The notes beneath the pieces were generated by a model. It did no database searches. It saw only the letters and a program-made list of their open reading frames with translations, and was not told the origin of the DNA. A stretch of 56,168 nt of DNA from a virus (taxonomy: Duplodnaviria; Heunggongvirae; Uroviricota; Caudoviricetes), in IMG/VR virus record IMGVR_UViG_3300044699_000054, positions 64,001 to 120,168 of that record. One strand, given 5' to 3'. Positions 43,504 through 53,929 of this stretch are shown piece after piece. Every line of letters starts with the position of its first letter. Position 1 is the first letter of the stretch. The position numbers and the translations under genes were made by a program.

Positions 43504-43740
43504 TCACGCCTCCGTTGATCCGATGAGCCGTGCGTCCGCGAGGATCTCCGCGAGCAGCATGATGGCCTCCACCTCATCGATCTCGCCATCCCAGCCCTGG
43601 ATCGTCTTCAGGTGCCGGCGTGGGACCAGCACCCAGTCCCGTACAACGGCAGCAGGAGCGTAGATGATGGGTGGTTCGGTGTCAGCTGCCTTGCTCTCCA
43701 CTCGCAAAGGCATCCCCAGTCGCCTCCAGCAGGTCAGCAA
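43504..43740 (-). CDS. Hypothetical protein
   Basis: ORF. Confidence 0.45.
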   Translation of the reverse strand: MLTCWRRLGMPLRVESKAADTEPPIIYAPAAVVRDWVLVPRRHLKTIQGWDGEIDEVEAIMLLAEILADARLIGSTEA

Positions 43741-44039
43741 TCCTCGCGCTCTCGGTCCCCACGCCCTCGGTCATCACCCTCTCCTCCCACGCTTCCAGTT
43801 CGAGACCACCCAATCATACCCCCACATCCCCCTGCAGGCAACCAGCCACTGGTACCAGCAATCCAGGTACCAGCAACCAGCCCCGGCAGTCCAAGCCCCG
43901 GCAGTTACCTAACGTAACGTCACCGCGTGGACGGCGGCAGGGCAGAGCCTCCCCCGGCGACCGTGGTCCGGCGGCTTGAGGCATCGACAGCCATCAGCAG
44001 GAACAACACCAGGAACAGGAACGACCAACCCCACTGTAG

Positions 44040-44320
44040 CTTCTACAGAATTTCCGTGGCGATCATAATAGTAGTACTACCTTCTACCTCATTATTTATT
44101 ATCACTACTACTACTTCCCCTTTTTTTTCTTTACTCCAGGTTCAGACTTTACTTATTCATTTAAGTCATAAAAAAGAAAGAAAGACCTGATAAAAGTACC
44201 AGGAACAACGAAAGTTGATCATGAATAACAGGAGTTGATCATGCTTTTGCAGGAACAACTTTTCCGGCCGTTGTGGCGATAGTAAAAACTTTCCACGGAT
44301 CAAGCAGGAACAAGCCGGAG
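44040..44320. other. AT-rich intergenic locus with CAGGAACAA repeats (candidate origin or packaging region)
   Basis: T/A runs; CAGGAACAA at 44200, 44250, 44305; GTTGATCATG twice. Confidence 0.4.
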
Positions 44321-44368
44321 GAAGGTTTGGTGCTACTGTTGTTGTCGCTACAGGCTATAATTCCTGAC

Positions 44369-44743
44369 ATGCCTCGAACTTCGTCCATTTCCAGCCAGTG
44401 GTGGGACCGGTTCCTGGACGGAAACGTCTACCGGTTAGAGATCACCGACCTCCCAGCGGAAGTCAACTCGGCTACTTTCCGTCAACGTGCCTACCGGGAA
44501 GCCAACATCCGCAGGCGGGCGCTGCAGTCGCATCACCCACGCTGGGAGTCCTGGTTCTTCTACCAGGCGCTGTACCGCTATGACCGGTACCTGTTCGCCA
44601 ACCTGCGCGACCCGAACCTGGTCTACATCGACATGCCCAGTCCCGCCGTCTTCGACAAGGAGCTGGCTGACTTCGAGCTGCTAGGTCCCTGCACCTGCGG
44701 ACAGGCACCCAAGTGTCTGCCCTCGTGTGCCCGAGTCAACTAA
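44369..44743 (+). CDS. Hypothetical protein, leaderless after TATAAT
   Basis: TATAAT at 44356-44361, ATG at 44369. Confidence 0.55.
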   Translation: MPRTSSISSQWWDRFLDGNVYRLEITDLPAEVNSATFRQRAYREANIRRRALQSHHPRWESWFFYQALYRYDRYLFANLRDPNLVYIDMPSPAVFDKELADFELLGPCTCGQAPKCLPSCARVN

Positions 44744-44797
44744 CTGGTACCAGCTACCGCAGTACCAGCACAGCAGCCACAGCACCCACCCAAAGTC

Positions 44798-45145
44798 CTA
44801 GCCGGTGGCTTCCTTCAACCTGGCTTCGATCTGGGACAGCTTCTCTTCCACCATGGCCGCGCGGTCAATGACTGGTAGCTCGTCGTCGGCTTCCTCATCA
44901 GTGGTGGTGAGGGCTCGACCCAGGCGGTAGACGGCAGCAAGATCCTTCATCAGCCCGCGACCAATCTCCAGCAGGCGAGGATCAGCAGGCCGGATGCCCT
45001 CGTGGTCCATCTGCAGGCCCTTGTCGATGGGCTGCCACAGCTGCTCGATCCGGGTGACAATCAGCGCCCGCACCCGGCCCTGGTCGTTGACCAGGTTCTC
45101 CTCATTGATCTCGGGGATGGAACCAGCCGGCAGCTCGAAGGTCAT
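44798..45145 (-). CDS. Hypothetical helical protein (possible terminase small subunit)
   Basis: Size, helical pattern, next to a long non-coding gap; function is a guess. Confidence 0.4.
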   Translation of the reverse strand: MTFELPAGSIPEINEENLVNDQGRVRALIVTRIEQLWQPIDKGLQMDHEGIRPADPRLLEIGRGLMKDLAAVYRLGRALTTTDEEADDELPVIDRAAMVEEKLSQIEARLKEATG

Positions 45146-45790
45146 GTGTACCAGGGTACGTGCCCATGCTCCCAGGCAACATGCATGTGGAATTTTTGGA
45201 TCACTGCTTCTTGTTTCGGAATTCAATTTATGTGTTTCCGGCCTACGCGAGCAGGGCCTTCTCCAATCAATGCATTGAAGAGGAGCAAAGTATCAAGCTG
45301 CCGGGGGCAGGCGTCAGGTATGTGTCTTTGCGTAGGCGCCAGCGGCCTGTCCAGAAAAAGCTGTTTGCCTGGCATGGGCTCAATGTCCGATTAGCCTGTT
45401 GTGTGGGCGCGCAACCGGCCCTGGGCGCCTCTCGATTTTCGAATTTTGCAATTTGGACATATGAGACAGGATACAGCTACATGATCACACACACCGTACC
45501 GAACGCGCGTGCGACTGGCGCACCTGGACGCGGCCGGACACTGCCTCTGACCTGCGGAAATAGGCCTGGCTCGATCGCCTGCCGCCATGCGACTGGGCCA
45601 TGGGCCATCGGCGCATATCAATTGACCATAGCCATACCGACCTGCGCCCGTGGCACTGGCCACAGTGGACAGCCCACATCCATGATCACCATAGCAAGGG
45701 GACAGCAGACATCGATGGAAGTAAGATCATTTGGCGGGCAGAAAGATGGGACGAACGTCAGCGCGGGTAGGCACTGACGTTCGCCGATGG

Positions 45791-46327
45791 TCACTCCTCT
45801 ATCTGTCGTGGACTACTGGGACAACGGGACTGCACAGTACGGGCCGAACACAGGTGCCCATTCGATTCGACCCCTGGACCGGAGTCTGTCGGGCTTGGAT
45901 GGCTGGCACGGTTGAATGCGCGTTGACGCTTGGCCGCTTGCACGGCCATGTCTTCTACCCGCTGGAACGGCGTACGTGTCCGGGACCGGATCACGCGCGC
46001 TCGCTCTGTTCGGTAGTCGTGCACTACGGCGCCGCGAGTCGGGAGGTCCATCCCGGCCCACTGCATTGCGGCATCGATCCCTGGTCGCCATTCCTTGTGA
46101 TGTGGGTATCGGTCCAATCCGTCAGCCTGCACGCATTCGAGCAGCCGGAATCCCGGATCTAGCGTGCCAGCTTTGTGCATGAGCCATGCGCCTAGATGCT
46201 GCTCCCACATCGATTGAGCAGCCTCTATGCACGCATGGTCGGACGTGAAGCCATGCGGCCCGTCGTCAATCTGTCCGACTGGTGTGTCTACCCACACATA
46301 GGCCAGCCGACGCACACGGGGTGGCAT
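45791..46327 (-). CDS. Hypothetical protein
   Basis: GGAGGTGA RBS plus hairpin element. Confidence 0.6.
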   Translation of the reverse strand: MPPRVRRLAYVWVDTPVGQIDDGPHGFTSDHACIEAAQSMWEQHLGAWLMHKAGTLDPGFRLLECVQADGLDRYPHHKEWRPGIDAAMQWAGMDLPTRGAVVHDYRTERARVIRSRTRTPFQRVEDMAVQAAKRQRAFNRASHPSPTDSGPGVESNGHLCSARTVQSRCPSSPRQIEE

Positions 46328-46413
46328 AGATCACCTCCCCTTCCTCTCTGATGCCGGACGACCGTCGCCCGGTATCGCGGTCGGATGTCCGGTGTGGACA
46401 TCCGACCTGTGTG

Positions 46414-46647
46414 CTACTCGATCCAACCCCGCGCGTGAGCCGTCAGGTAGGCGGCTGAGAGCGCGCAAGCCTCGCGGCCGGACCCCCAGCCGTTAGCCTG
46501 CGTGGTCACCCTGGCACCCTCGCGGATTGCATCGGCAAGGGTGTAGGCCGACAGCACATCGATCTCGATATCGCGCAGCTCAGCGCGCAGCTCATCGATG
46601 ATCGGGTTTGCCGGACGCGCCTCGGTCGTGGTAGCTGTCTGGTTCAT
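46414..46647 (-). CDS. Hypothetical protein
   Basis: RBS plus hairpin element. Confidence 0.6.
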   Translation of the reverse strand: MNQTATTTEARPANPIIDELRAELRDIEIDVLSAYTLADAIREGARVTTQANGWGSGREACALSAAYLTAHARGWIE

Positions 46648-46731
46648 GGTCGTTCCTCTCTCCACTAGGGACGGTTGACCGTTTCAACCATCCTCGTACC
46701 CGGCACCGGATCTCTCCGGTACCGGGCGACC

Positions 46732-47634
46732 TCACTCCGCAGGCGTCGGAAAACGCAGGTCAACATCCAACGTCTCCAGCCAATCGGCAATGCGTTCACG
46801 CGACCACACGTCGGCCGTTTCATGGGCCGGATGATGGCTGTCATTCAGGTGAATGATCATGTCGCGTACCCTCAACGGGTCATACCCATGTCCGAAGCAT
46901 GTACATGGGTACGTAACCCGCTCGTCCAGTCCCGGAATGAGTCGGGTTAGAACGTTGCCAGCCTGCCCATAGCTTACTGACGTAGCTACGGATCCGGACA
47001 GATTACCCGGATAGATGCCGTGCTCCACGTCGTCAGGGTGGAACCGATAGGCACTGCCAGTCCACTCAAAGTGTATGGGTTTACTGCCGTAGTCACGTTT
47101 CCCGGTGCCATTGCAACGATAGCATGCAATATCTGGCACCAGATGTCCCTCGGTCTTCCCGTGGGGACAGGTAGTGTAACGATGGTTGATCACTTCGCCG
47201 TGCACACACGGGCGATCGCCATACGCGGCGTAGCAATAACGCGGTCCATAGCACGATGACGGCAATACCGCCTTGCCGTGGCATACGCGACACTTCTGGA
47301 CCTTTGCCGGTGTGTAGCTCGGGTTATGCACCGGCAGGAAAAGCTGCCCCTTGTCCGACCAAACCCTAGTCGGTCCATAGGCATTGATGAATTGCTTTGT
47401 GGTGATGGTGTGCCATCCTCCCGTGTCGTACGTGACGGTACCGTCGGCGTGGAAGATCACACAGTACGTGGCATGAAACCGTAGCCCAACATCGCCGTTG
47501 GCGAATCGATGCACACGTTTGGTCCGGCTACTGCCGATTGGTCGATCGAACGTCTTCGTCTTGAGACGGCCACGATCGAGATACGCTATCCAACCGGCAT
47601 GGTCCGATGGGAAAACCGTTCGGTTCCTCATCAT
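46732..47634 (-). CDS. Multi-zinc-finger hypothetical protein
   Basis: CRVC, CYRC; C-terminal IIHLND.H..WSRERIADWLE. Confidence 0.65.
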   Translation of the reverse strand: MMRNRTVFPSDHAGWIAYLDRGRLKTKTFDRPIGSSRTKRVHRFANGDVGLRFHATYCVIFHADGTVTYDTGGWHTITTKQFINAYGPTRVWSDKGQLFLPVHNPSYTPAKVQKCRVCHGKAVLPSSCYGPRYCYAAYGDRPCVHGEVINHRYTTCPHGKTEGHLVPDIACYRCNGTGKRDYGSKPIHFEWTGSAYRFHPDDVEHGIYPGNLSGSVATSVSYGQAGNVLTRLIPGLDERVTYPCTCFGHGYDPLRVRDMIIHLNDSHHPAHETADVWSRERIADWLETLDVDLRFPTPAE

Positions 47635-47709
47635 CGTACCCCTTCCTCACCTGCCGACCGTCGACAGGCTAGCGGCTGAGTGTCCGGTGTGGACACCCAG
47701 CCTCGGTCC

Positions 47710-48067
47710 CTACTCGTCGGCTTCCCAGTCACAGTAGCCACACGAGCACTCGCAATCCTGCTCCCTCGCATTCCTCCGCTTCACAGCTGGCACAGTGCCA
47801 CTCGCATCGGCACGGATCATAGCCGCAGTTACCACACGAGTCATCCTCGTCATCATCGGGATCGATGTGCGATATGTACCCGACGGCTGCCATGATGTCC
47901 CGATGGCCGTAGGCGTACTTTCCACCTCCGGCCGCGCGTGCGGCTGCCATACCCTTGCGGTCTATGCGCGGTAGCTCGATCTCTCGGACCGCTGCACGTT
48001 GATGCGCGCTGATTGCTTGCACGGCCGGCATCAACGCCCGTAACACTTCGATCGGCAGCGATTGCAT
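47710..48067 (-). CDS. Cys-rich hypothetical protein (3' end possibly frameshifted)
   Basis: RBS plus hairpin element. Confidence 0.5.
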
Positions 48068-48151
48068 AGCCGACCTCCCTTCCGTCCATTGTCGACCGTC
48101 GACATAGGACTAGGAACCGGACGCACGGTCAAGTGCGCCCGATCCGACTAG

Positions 48152-49035
48152 CTAGCTTTGACGCGGGGTGGTGCCGTTGTCCTCGTGGTAACTCCGGCCG
48201 TACCCGTCGCGGTCTTCTCCATACCGGTTGTAACCCTCGGCATCCCAGCCGTTTTGATCGAACCGGTAACGCTGCCTACCGTTGGTGTCGAGCCCATCGC
48301 GCCCATACCCCAGCCGGTCGAATCCGTCACGGTTGAATCCGTCGGCGCCGTACCCGTCGTAATTGAATCCTTCCCGGTCAAACCCTTCACGGTTGTAACC
48401 CTCGCGGCCATAGCCGTCTGCGTCGTACCCGTCAAGGTTAAACCGGAATTCCGACCGGCCGTTCTTGTCGACGTGCTCACGGTTGTACCCGTAGGCGTTG
48501 AATCCATCCGCGTTGTATCCGTCGCGGTCGAAGCCGCGCCGGTCGAATCCCTCAGCAGTGTATCCGTCACGGTCGAAACCTTGACGGTTGAATCCTTCCG
48601 CATTGCGGCCGGAGGTATCGAAACCCTCACGGTCGCGGCGCTCGCGGTTGTAGCCGTCGCGTTGTACCCTTCCCGGTCAAAGCCGTCTTTGTCTCTGCCG
48701 TCAGAATCAAACCCATCCGGACCATACATGCGGGTACGGTGCCCTCGGCAGTCGTACCCGTCGGAGTCGAACCAAACGTCAGAACCACAGCGGTCACAGT
48801 CCGTACCCGACGGCCCAAAAGCCGAGGTTAGGGCTCTGTCTGCTTCCGTGCAGAAAGACCGGTTACGGCCCTCACGCACGGTGGCGTTCACAACCTCACG
48901 TTTGATCTCATCACGCTCGGCGTCGGTCACGGCCGCCGCATAAGCGGCCAGATATTGACGCGCGGGTAACTGCCAGTCGGCCGGTAGGCTCGCCACGATG
49001 GCGTCGACGTTGACTGTAGTCAGTGTGGTGTCCAT
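48152..49035 (-). CDS. Pentapeptide (Y/F)(D/N)xxG repeat protein (frameshift ~48660)
   Basis: FDSDGYD..GFDSDGRDKDGFDREGYN, continuing in another frame as GFDRDGYNADGFNAYGYNRE... Confidence 0.7.
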
Positions 49036-49118
49036 AGTAGACACTCCTTTCGTTCACCTGCCGACCGTCGGCAGGCTAGCGCCGTACCCGTATTGCTACG
49101 GGTACGGCTTCGGTCATG

Positions 49119-49367
49119 TCACAGGTCTACGCCGAACCGCCATGCCAGCTCTTGCTGGTCGGCAAGGCTCAGTGCACGGATAGCGGACTCTGCCGCGTCC
49201 ACGGCAGGATTCGCGACCGGCTCGACCGGTTCGACACTCGTAACCTGGACCGTACCGGGCACGACTGCCGAAACGGCTTGCGTCAAGATCCAACCGGCAT
49301 CGCGAACGATCTCGGCGGATCCGTGGGGGGTGTCGATCTGGCCTGTGATGGTAACTGTGTAACGCAT
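49119..49367 (-). CDS. Hypothetical protein
   Basis: Hairpin element upstream. Confidence 0.55.
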   Translation of the reverse strand: MRYTVTITGQIDTPHGSAEIVRDAGWILTQAVSAVVPGTVQVTSVEPVEPVANPAVDAAESAIRALSLADQQELAWRFGVDL

Positions 49368-49456
49368 TGCTTTCCCCTTTCAGGAGAGACAGAGCATGCC
49401 GACCGTCGGCAAGATGTCGCGCCCACACCGGATAGCCGTCCGGTGTGGGCTCCGTG

Positions 49457-49783
49457 CTACTGGCCCGACCAGTCAGATCTGGTCACACAGTGCACGGTCT
49501 CGGCGGATTGCACGGTATCAACCGGGCAACGGTCATCCGCCGCATAAAAGAACCATCGCGCGCCCGGATAGGCATACGCGGCATTTCCCCTGGTCTCCGC
49601 GTCCCATACGCACGGGACCACATCACCCGGCCCATCCTCCACTGGGCACGGGGCCACAGTGGACAGATCGATACGGGTATCGGGCGCGCTATTCGGCGTA
49701 GCGCACGCGATGACCAGCAGAAAGCCAATCACGATTGACCAAGCGGCCGTTGCTGCGCGCGTGATCGTTTTACCTCGGGCCAT
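49457..49783 (-). CDS. Lipoprotein/secreted protein
   Basis: Hydrophobic stretch then IAC; PCPVEDG...CVWDA. Confidence 0.6.
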   Translation of the reverse strand: MARGKTITRAATAAWSIVIGFLLVIACATPNSAPDTRIDLSTVAPCPVEDGPGDVVPCVWDAETRGNAAYAYPGARWFFYAADDRCPVDTVQSAETVHCVTRSDWSGQ

Positions 49784-50010
49784 CACTGACCCTCCCTTCC
49801 GACCGGCGACCGTCGCCAGTCTCGCACCCATACCCGATCACTCGGGTACGGGCCATGTACCTAAGGCTGCAAGAACGCCGAGATCGGCAATGCTTTCTTG
49901 CCGACGCTCTCTCCCGCGCTCCTCCGCATTCGGGGTGCACGGTCGCCGGGCTATTCACCGGTCCTAGGCTGATCTGGTGCTCGGCGCTCATGGAACCTTA
50001 GGTCCACAAA

Positions 50011-50040
50011 GACAGTGTATCATGATGGTTCACATTTTGT
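50011..50040 (-). promoter_or_regulatory. Leftward promoter TGACAA-17-TACACT
   Basis: Shares GACAAAATGTG with two other promoters. Confidence 0.55.
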
Positions 50041-50086
50041 CATTGGTACCGGTACCGGGGCGCAACCCCCGGTACCGGCCGCATGG

Positions 50087-50278
50087 CTACGGTCTCCGCT
50101 TGGCACGTGCCCGGACGGCACGCTCAATGACCCGACGGACCCATTCGGAAGCAGTCACGTCGTCCGATTCCGCGTACTCACGTACGGCGTCTAGCTGCTC
50201 CTGATCGATCACCAATTGAAACTTGGTCCGACCAGGGGCAACCCTGGCGAATGTCGATAGCTGTGTCATGATATCCAC
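50087..50278 (-). CDS. Ribbon-helix-helix DNA-binding protein
   Basis: FQLVID.EQLDAVREYA....TASEWVRRVIERA. Confidence 0.6.
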   Translation of the reverse strand: MDIMTQLSTFARVAPGRTKFQLVIDQEQLDAVREYAESDDVTASEWVRRVIERAVRARAKRRP

Positions 50279-50287
50279 CCTATCATG

Positions 50288-50988
50288 TCAGGCCACGACA
50301 TCCGCATCGATGATCACAGGTTCGCGGAAGATCGGCGCGGCCTCAATTGCCTGAGGCTCGCGCTGCTCCTCTGTCCCCTGCGGTCCCGATGCGGCAACGG
50401 TTACGGCCGGCTCACCCGCGCCAGGATGGCCCTGGACCGATGGGCGACGCTTGCGCGCCTTACCCTGAGGTCCGGGCCGACGCCCCGGCCGGCTGGCTGT
50501 CGGAGCGACTGGCGCTGGTTTCTCGGCCGCGACCGTCACCGACTCAGTATCGGTTGACGTATCACGCTCACGATGTGCCGCGAGAAATGCCTTCGCCCAG
50601 CGTTGGGACGGGTGAAACATGGTCTCCACCGTCACCAGCAAGGCCACCGCGTACACAGCGGCTATGGCCATTGCTACGACGCCCCGGTCATACGCGCTAG
50701 ACACGTTGAACGTGAGCGTGAGAGTTGACCCCAACCATAACCCGATCACGGCCCATACTCGCGTCGCTCGATTTCTGAAACGATCGACAGCAGCCATGAC
50801 TGTGCTGTTGATCATCATTCCGTCGATTGCCACGGGCAGTAATACCGCTACCGGCTCACCCGCTTTGTACCCACGTGGACAATGTGCTGCCACGATGTGT
50901 AAGCCGTCGCCGTAGCGACAACCAGCGATGAAAGCAGGCCGAGTAGGAAGAAGATCACTTCCCTGTACTTGATAAACCACGTCACCAT
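50288..50988 (-). CDS. DUF2637-like membrane protein (frameshift ~50860)
   Basis: SWQHIVHVG / LLPVAIDGMM / TLTFNV, then a basic tail. Confidence 0.65.
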
Positions 50989-51072
50989 GGCTACCTCTCT
51001 CGGTCCCGGACCGTCCGGGACACGGCGGTACGGCCAGCCTCACGGCCAGCCGTACCCCTTACACTTACACGG

Positions 51073-51357
51073 TCACTCGTCGTCCTCGTCGTCTTCGCCC
51101 TCCCATTCATCGACCTCCCACGATTCATCCATCTCGTCGGCGCCGCTTTCGATCATCGCGGCCATGACGCTGCCATCGATGTAATCGACCAGCCGACCGA
51201 CATAGTCTTCGATCGATTCTCCCTGGTCGCGCTCCGGCAACGGGCCATTGACTCCTGGCGCCTCGCGGTTGTGATCGATGAATTCGACCAGTTCAGCGAC
51301 CGAATCAAAGTCGCGTGAGTGTTCGGTGGTACGGGTGAAATTGATCGTTGCGGACAT
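51073..51357 (-). CDS. Acidic hypothetical protein
   Basis: RBS plus hairpin element; D/E tail. Confidence 0.6.
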   Translation of the reverse strand: MSATINFTRTTEHSRDFDSVAELVEFIDHNREAPGVNGPLPERDQGESIEDYVGRLVDYIDGSVMAAMIESGADEMDESWEVDEWEGEDDEDDE

Positions 51358-51433
51358 GGGGGTTTCTCCCTTCCTGCCCACGACCGTCGCGGGCATTGTG
51401 GTACGGCCAGCATCACTGCCGGCCGTACCCTTG

Positions 51434-51673
51434 CTAGATGGTGTGTGGCGGCTCGATCACAACCGCGTCGTCCGAATCGGCCGTGATCAGTATGGCCATG
51501 GGCAAGCCGTGCAGGCCGTCAACATCGCGCGACACGTGCACGATGATCTCGACTTGCAGCCCGTGAAACCATCCGGGCACTAGCCGGATGTCGGCACGGG
51601 GGTCGCTGATCACGCCCATGGTGTGACGGAACCGCCACACGTCCGGATTGAGGTTTGTCACTTTCTTCGACAT
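51434..51673 (-). CDS. Hypothetical protein
   Basis: RBS plus hairpin element. Confidence 0.55.
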   Translation of the reverse strand: MSKKVTNLNPDVWRFRHTMGVISDPRADIRLVPGWFHGLQVEIIVHVSRDVDGLHGLPMAILITADSDDAVVIEPPHTI

Positions 51674-51748
51674 CCCTTGTCTCCCTTCCGACTGGCGACC
51701 GTCGCCAGTCTCGCACCGTACCCGCGTTGCCACGGGTACGGCTGGATC

Positions 51749-52087
51749 TCACGATGCGGCTCTGTCTGCCGTCAATGCCTCTCGCCATGCTTCGGTCAGT
51801 GGCCCGTACTCTCCACCGAAATCGGTCCTGAATCCATGTGTGATCATGAATTCGTCGTCCTCTGTGGAGGGATTGAAGGATGACAGTACCACCCGCCAAT
51901 ATCCACTGTACTCGTAACCAATTCCGTCGATGTCTGCCGACGCAATTGCCTGCCCCAGCACACATGACCACGGGAATTCCATCCGAAGAATGTCAAGCTG
52001 GACCCTGTCCAGGTCCGGCGCGAAAGCTTGTGCGGCCTCAGTGGACTTGAGCCATGCCAAGCCGCGCTGAACCTCTGCCTCATACAT
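51749..52087 (-). CDS. Hypothetical protein (CVLGQ..HGF..LT.AW family)
   Basis: Paralog of 42551-43015. Confidence 0.65.
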   Translation of the reverse strand: MYEAEVQRGLAWLKSTEAAQAFAPDLDRVQLDILRMEFPWSCVLGQAIASADIDGIGYEYSGYWRVVLSSFNPSTEDDEFMITHGFRTDFGGEYGPLTEAWREALTADRAAS

Positions 52088-52237
52088 GATCTCTCCTTTT
52101 CTCACACGGGCGACCGTCGCCAGTGCTCGCGGCCGGACACCGCGCCACCGCAGGTATCCGGCCTCTCTACGTGCTATGTCTATGTACGCTCATCGATCAT
52201 TGGCACCGTACCCGTATCGCTACGGGTACGGCCGGCA

Positions 52238-52603
52238 CTACTTCGACTCGATCACGGATCGCCACAACGGCGTGAGCGCCACTGTGGCCCATTCATCCAT
52301 GTGGCCGAGTACGGAATCATCGATAACGAAGAATCCGTGCTCAGCCATGAAACGATCACTGGCCCAGCCATCCCATTCGTCCGGATCGGAAGCAGCGAAG
52401 AAACGGCGAGCGTTTCCCCACCCACCGAAATAGCTTGATCCGTTGAACACCTGCCCAGCGACACACTCGTCGCCGTTGACCATATTCAACGGGTGGGTGA
52501 TTCGGCCGCGCCAGTCGGCAACCGTACGGTCCAGTAGAGCAGCGCCACGCGCTACGCATGCCTCAGGAGACATATCGAGCGCGGTTGATACCTGTGTGTC
52601 CAT
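52238..52603 (-). CDS. Hypothetical protein (CVAGQ..HGF..LT..W family)
   Basis: VARGAALLD...W motif; paralog. Confidence 0.65.
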   Translation of the reverse strand: MDTQVSTALDMSPEACVARGAALLDRTVADWRGRITHPLNMVNGDECVAGQVFNGSSYFGGWGNARRFFAASDPDEWDGWASDRFMAEHGFFVIDDSVLGHMDEWATVALTPLWRSVIESK

Positions 52604-52681
52604 GATGGACACTCCTCTCTCGTCCGGGGACCGTCCCCAAACGTCGCACCGGTACGGGATCGCTCCCGTACCGGCTCACTG

Positions 52682-52966
52682 TCAGACCTCGCGCAGCTCC
52701 CGGATGCGGCCGCTTTCGACCTCAGCCGTGATCTGTGCCTGCCGCTTTTCGTCGGCGAGCACCGCACGGGCGTGGCGGACCGCGACCGTATCCGCGTCGG
52801 CCGTACCGAGTAGCGCGGCAATGTCTTCGTCATCGAGCCATGTCACGACTCCCGCTGGTGACTGAAAGCCGAACGATAGACCGGTGTCGCCTCCATTGCT
52901 GGCCGCAACGATACATGCCTCGGGAATGATCTCGCCCGTGGTCAGAATGACTGTGAACGTGCGCAT
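52682..52966 (-). CDS. Hypothetical protein
   Basis: RBS plus hairpin element. Confidence 0.55.
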   Translation of the reverse strand: MRTFTVILTTGEIIPEACIVAASNGGDTGLSFGFQSPAGVVTWLDDEDIAALLGTADADTVAVRHARAVLADEKRQAQITAEVESGRIRELREV

Positions 52967-53044
52967 AGCACGCCTCCCTCCACATCGGACGACCGTCGCC
53001 CGATGTTCGCACCGTACCCGCGTTGCCACGGGCACGGCCGTTGG

Positions 53045-53248
53045 TTAGTCTAAGTCCGTGTCTACGGACATCAGTGTTGCCCGTAGAAGGAACGTGATCA
53101 GTACGGCCCACCAATATCCAATGGTAGGCAGGGCAGGCAACCACTCAGCGTGGACCACGCCAATGAGCAGCATAAATACCCATCCGAATGCTAACGATCC
53201 TGCCGCACTGACGACTAGGCCAAGCAGAATCACGCCAATGATGGCCAT
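53045..53248 (-). CDS. Small two-TM membrane protein
   Basis: Hydrophobic; RBS plus hairpin element. Confidence 0.6.
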   Translation of the reverse strand: MAIIGVILLGLVVSAAGSLAFGWVFMLLIGVVHAEWLPALPTIGYWWAVLITFLLRATLMSVDTDLD

Positions 53249-53324
53249 GATGCGCGCTCCCTTCCGACTGCCGACCGTCGACAGGCGTCGCACCGTACCC
53301 GCGTTGCCACGGGTACGGCCACGG

Positions 53325-53516
53325 TTATGCGCTCAGTCGCGCGAGTAGGCGGGTGAACCAACCGGGACGGCGATGTCTCCTGCTGGCAACCTCTTGCCGC
53401 ACAACTCTTTGCCGCGACAGAGCATTGCTGCAGGACTGACACAAGATCTCCGTACCGATGAACCATCCGCCGGACCCCTCAGTACGACCGCAGTGAGCAC
53501 ATTTGTGGGTGAGCAT
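53325..53516 (-). CDS. Small zinc-finger protein
   Basis: CAHC..CQSC; RBS plus hairpin element. Confidence 0.55.
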   Translation of the reverse strand: MLTHKCAHCGRTEGSGGWFIGTEILCQSCSNALSRQRVVRQEVASRRHRRPGWFTRLLARLSA

Positions 53517-53588
53517 GGCGCTCCCTTCCTACCGCGACCGTCGCGGTATTGCGTGCCCGATACGGTCACCCGTACCGGACACATTGAG

Positions 53589-53849
53589 CTAGTCCAGGTA
53601 CACAGTCACGTCAGTGACATCATCTAGCGTGTCGTCGTCGGGGACGGCCTTCGCTTTCGCGCGCAACGCCTCAAGAACGGGACCCATCCGGTCGAGATCG
53701 TATGTAGCATTCTCGATCGCTTCCGTGATGGCGTCCGTGAGGACGTCGAGCGCGTGATCGGCGAAAACTTCGATCACCTCGGAGACAGGCAAGCAGATAT
53801 CGTACTGGTGTGAGCGCGTCTCGGTCCATGACAGCGAATAGTCTGACAT
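53589..53849 (-). CDS. Acidic hypothetical protein
   Basis: RBS plus hairpin element. Confidence 0.55.
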   Translation of the reverse strand: MSDYSLSWTETRSHQYDICLPVSEVIEVFADHALDVLTDAITEAIENATYDLDRMGPVLEALRAKAKAVPDDDTLDDVTDVTVYLD

Positions 53850-53929
53850 GCTGGTCGCTCCTCTCATGACAGGCGACCGTCGCCTGTCATCGCACCGTAC
53901 CCGTATCGCTACGGGTACGGCCGGAATCC

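Noticed and set aside
43998-44022. Extra CAGGAAC copies as iterons
   Set aside because: Explained by TTC-CTG (Phe-Leu) codons of a probable small hydrophobic minus-strand ORF.
48158-48943. 261-aa plus-strand Val/Ser-rich ORF and the Thr-rich tail of ORF 48148-49044
   Set aside because: Shadow frames of the pentapeptide-repeat gene.
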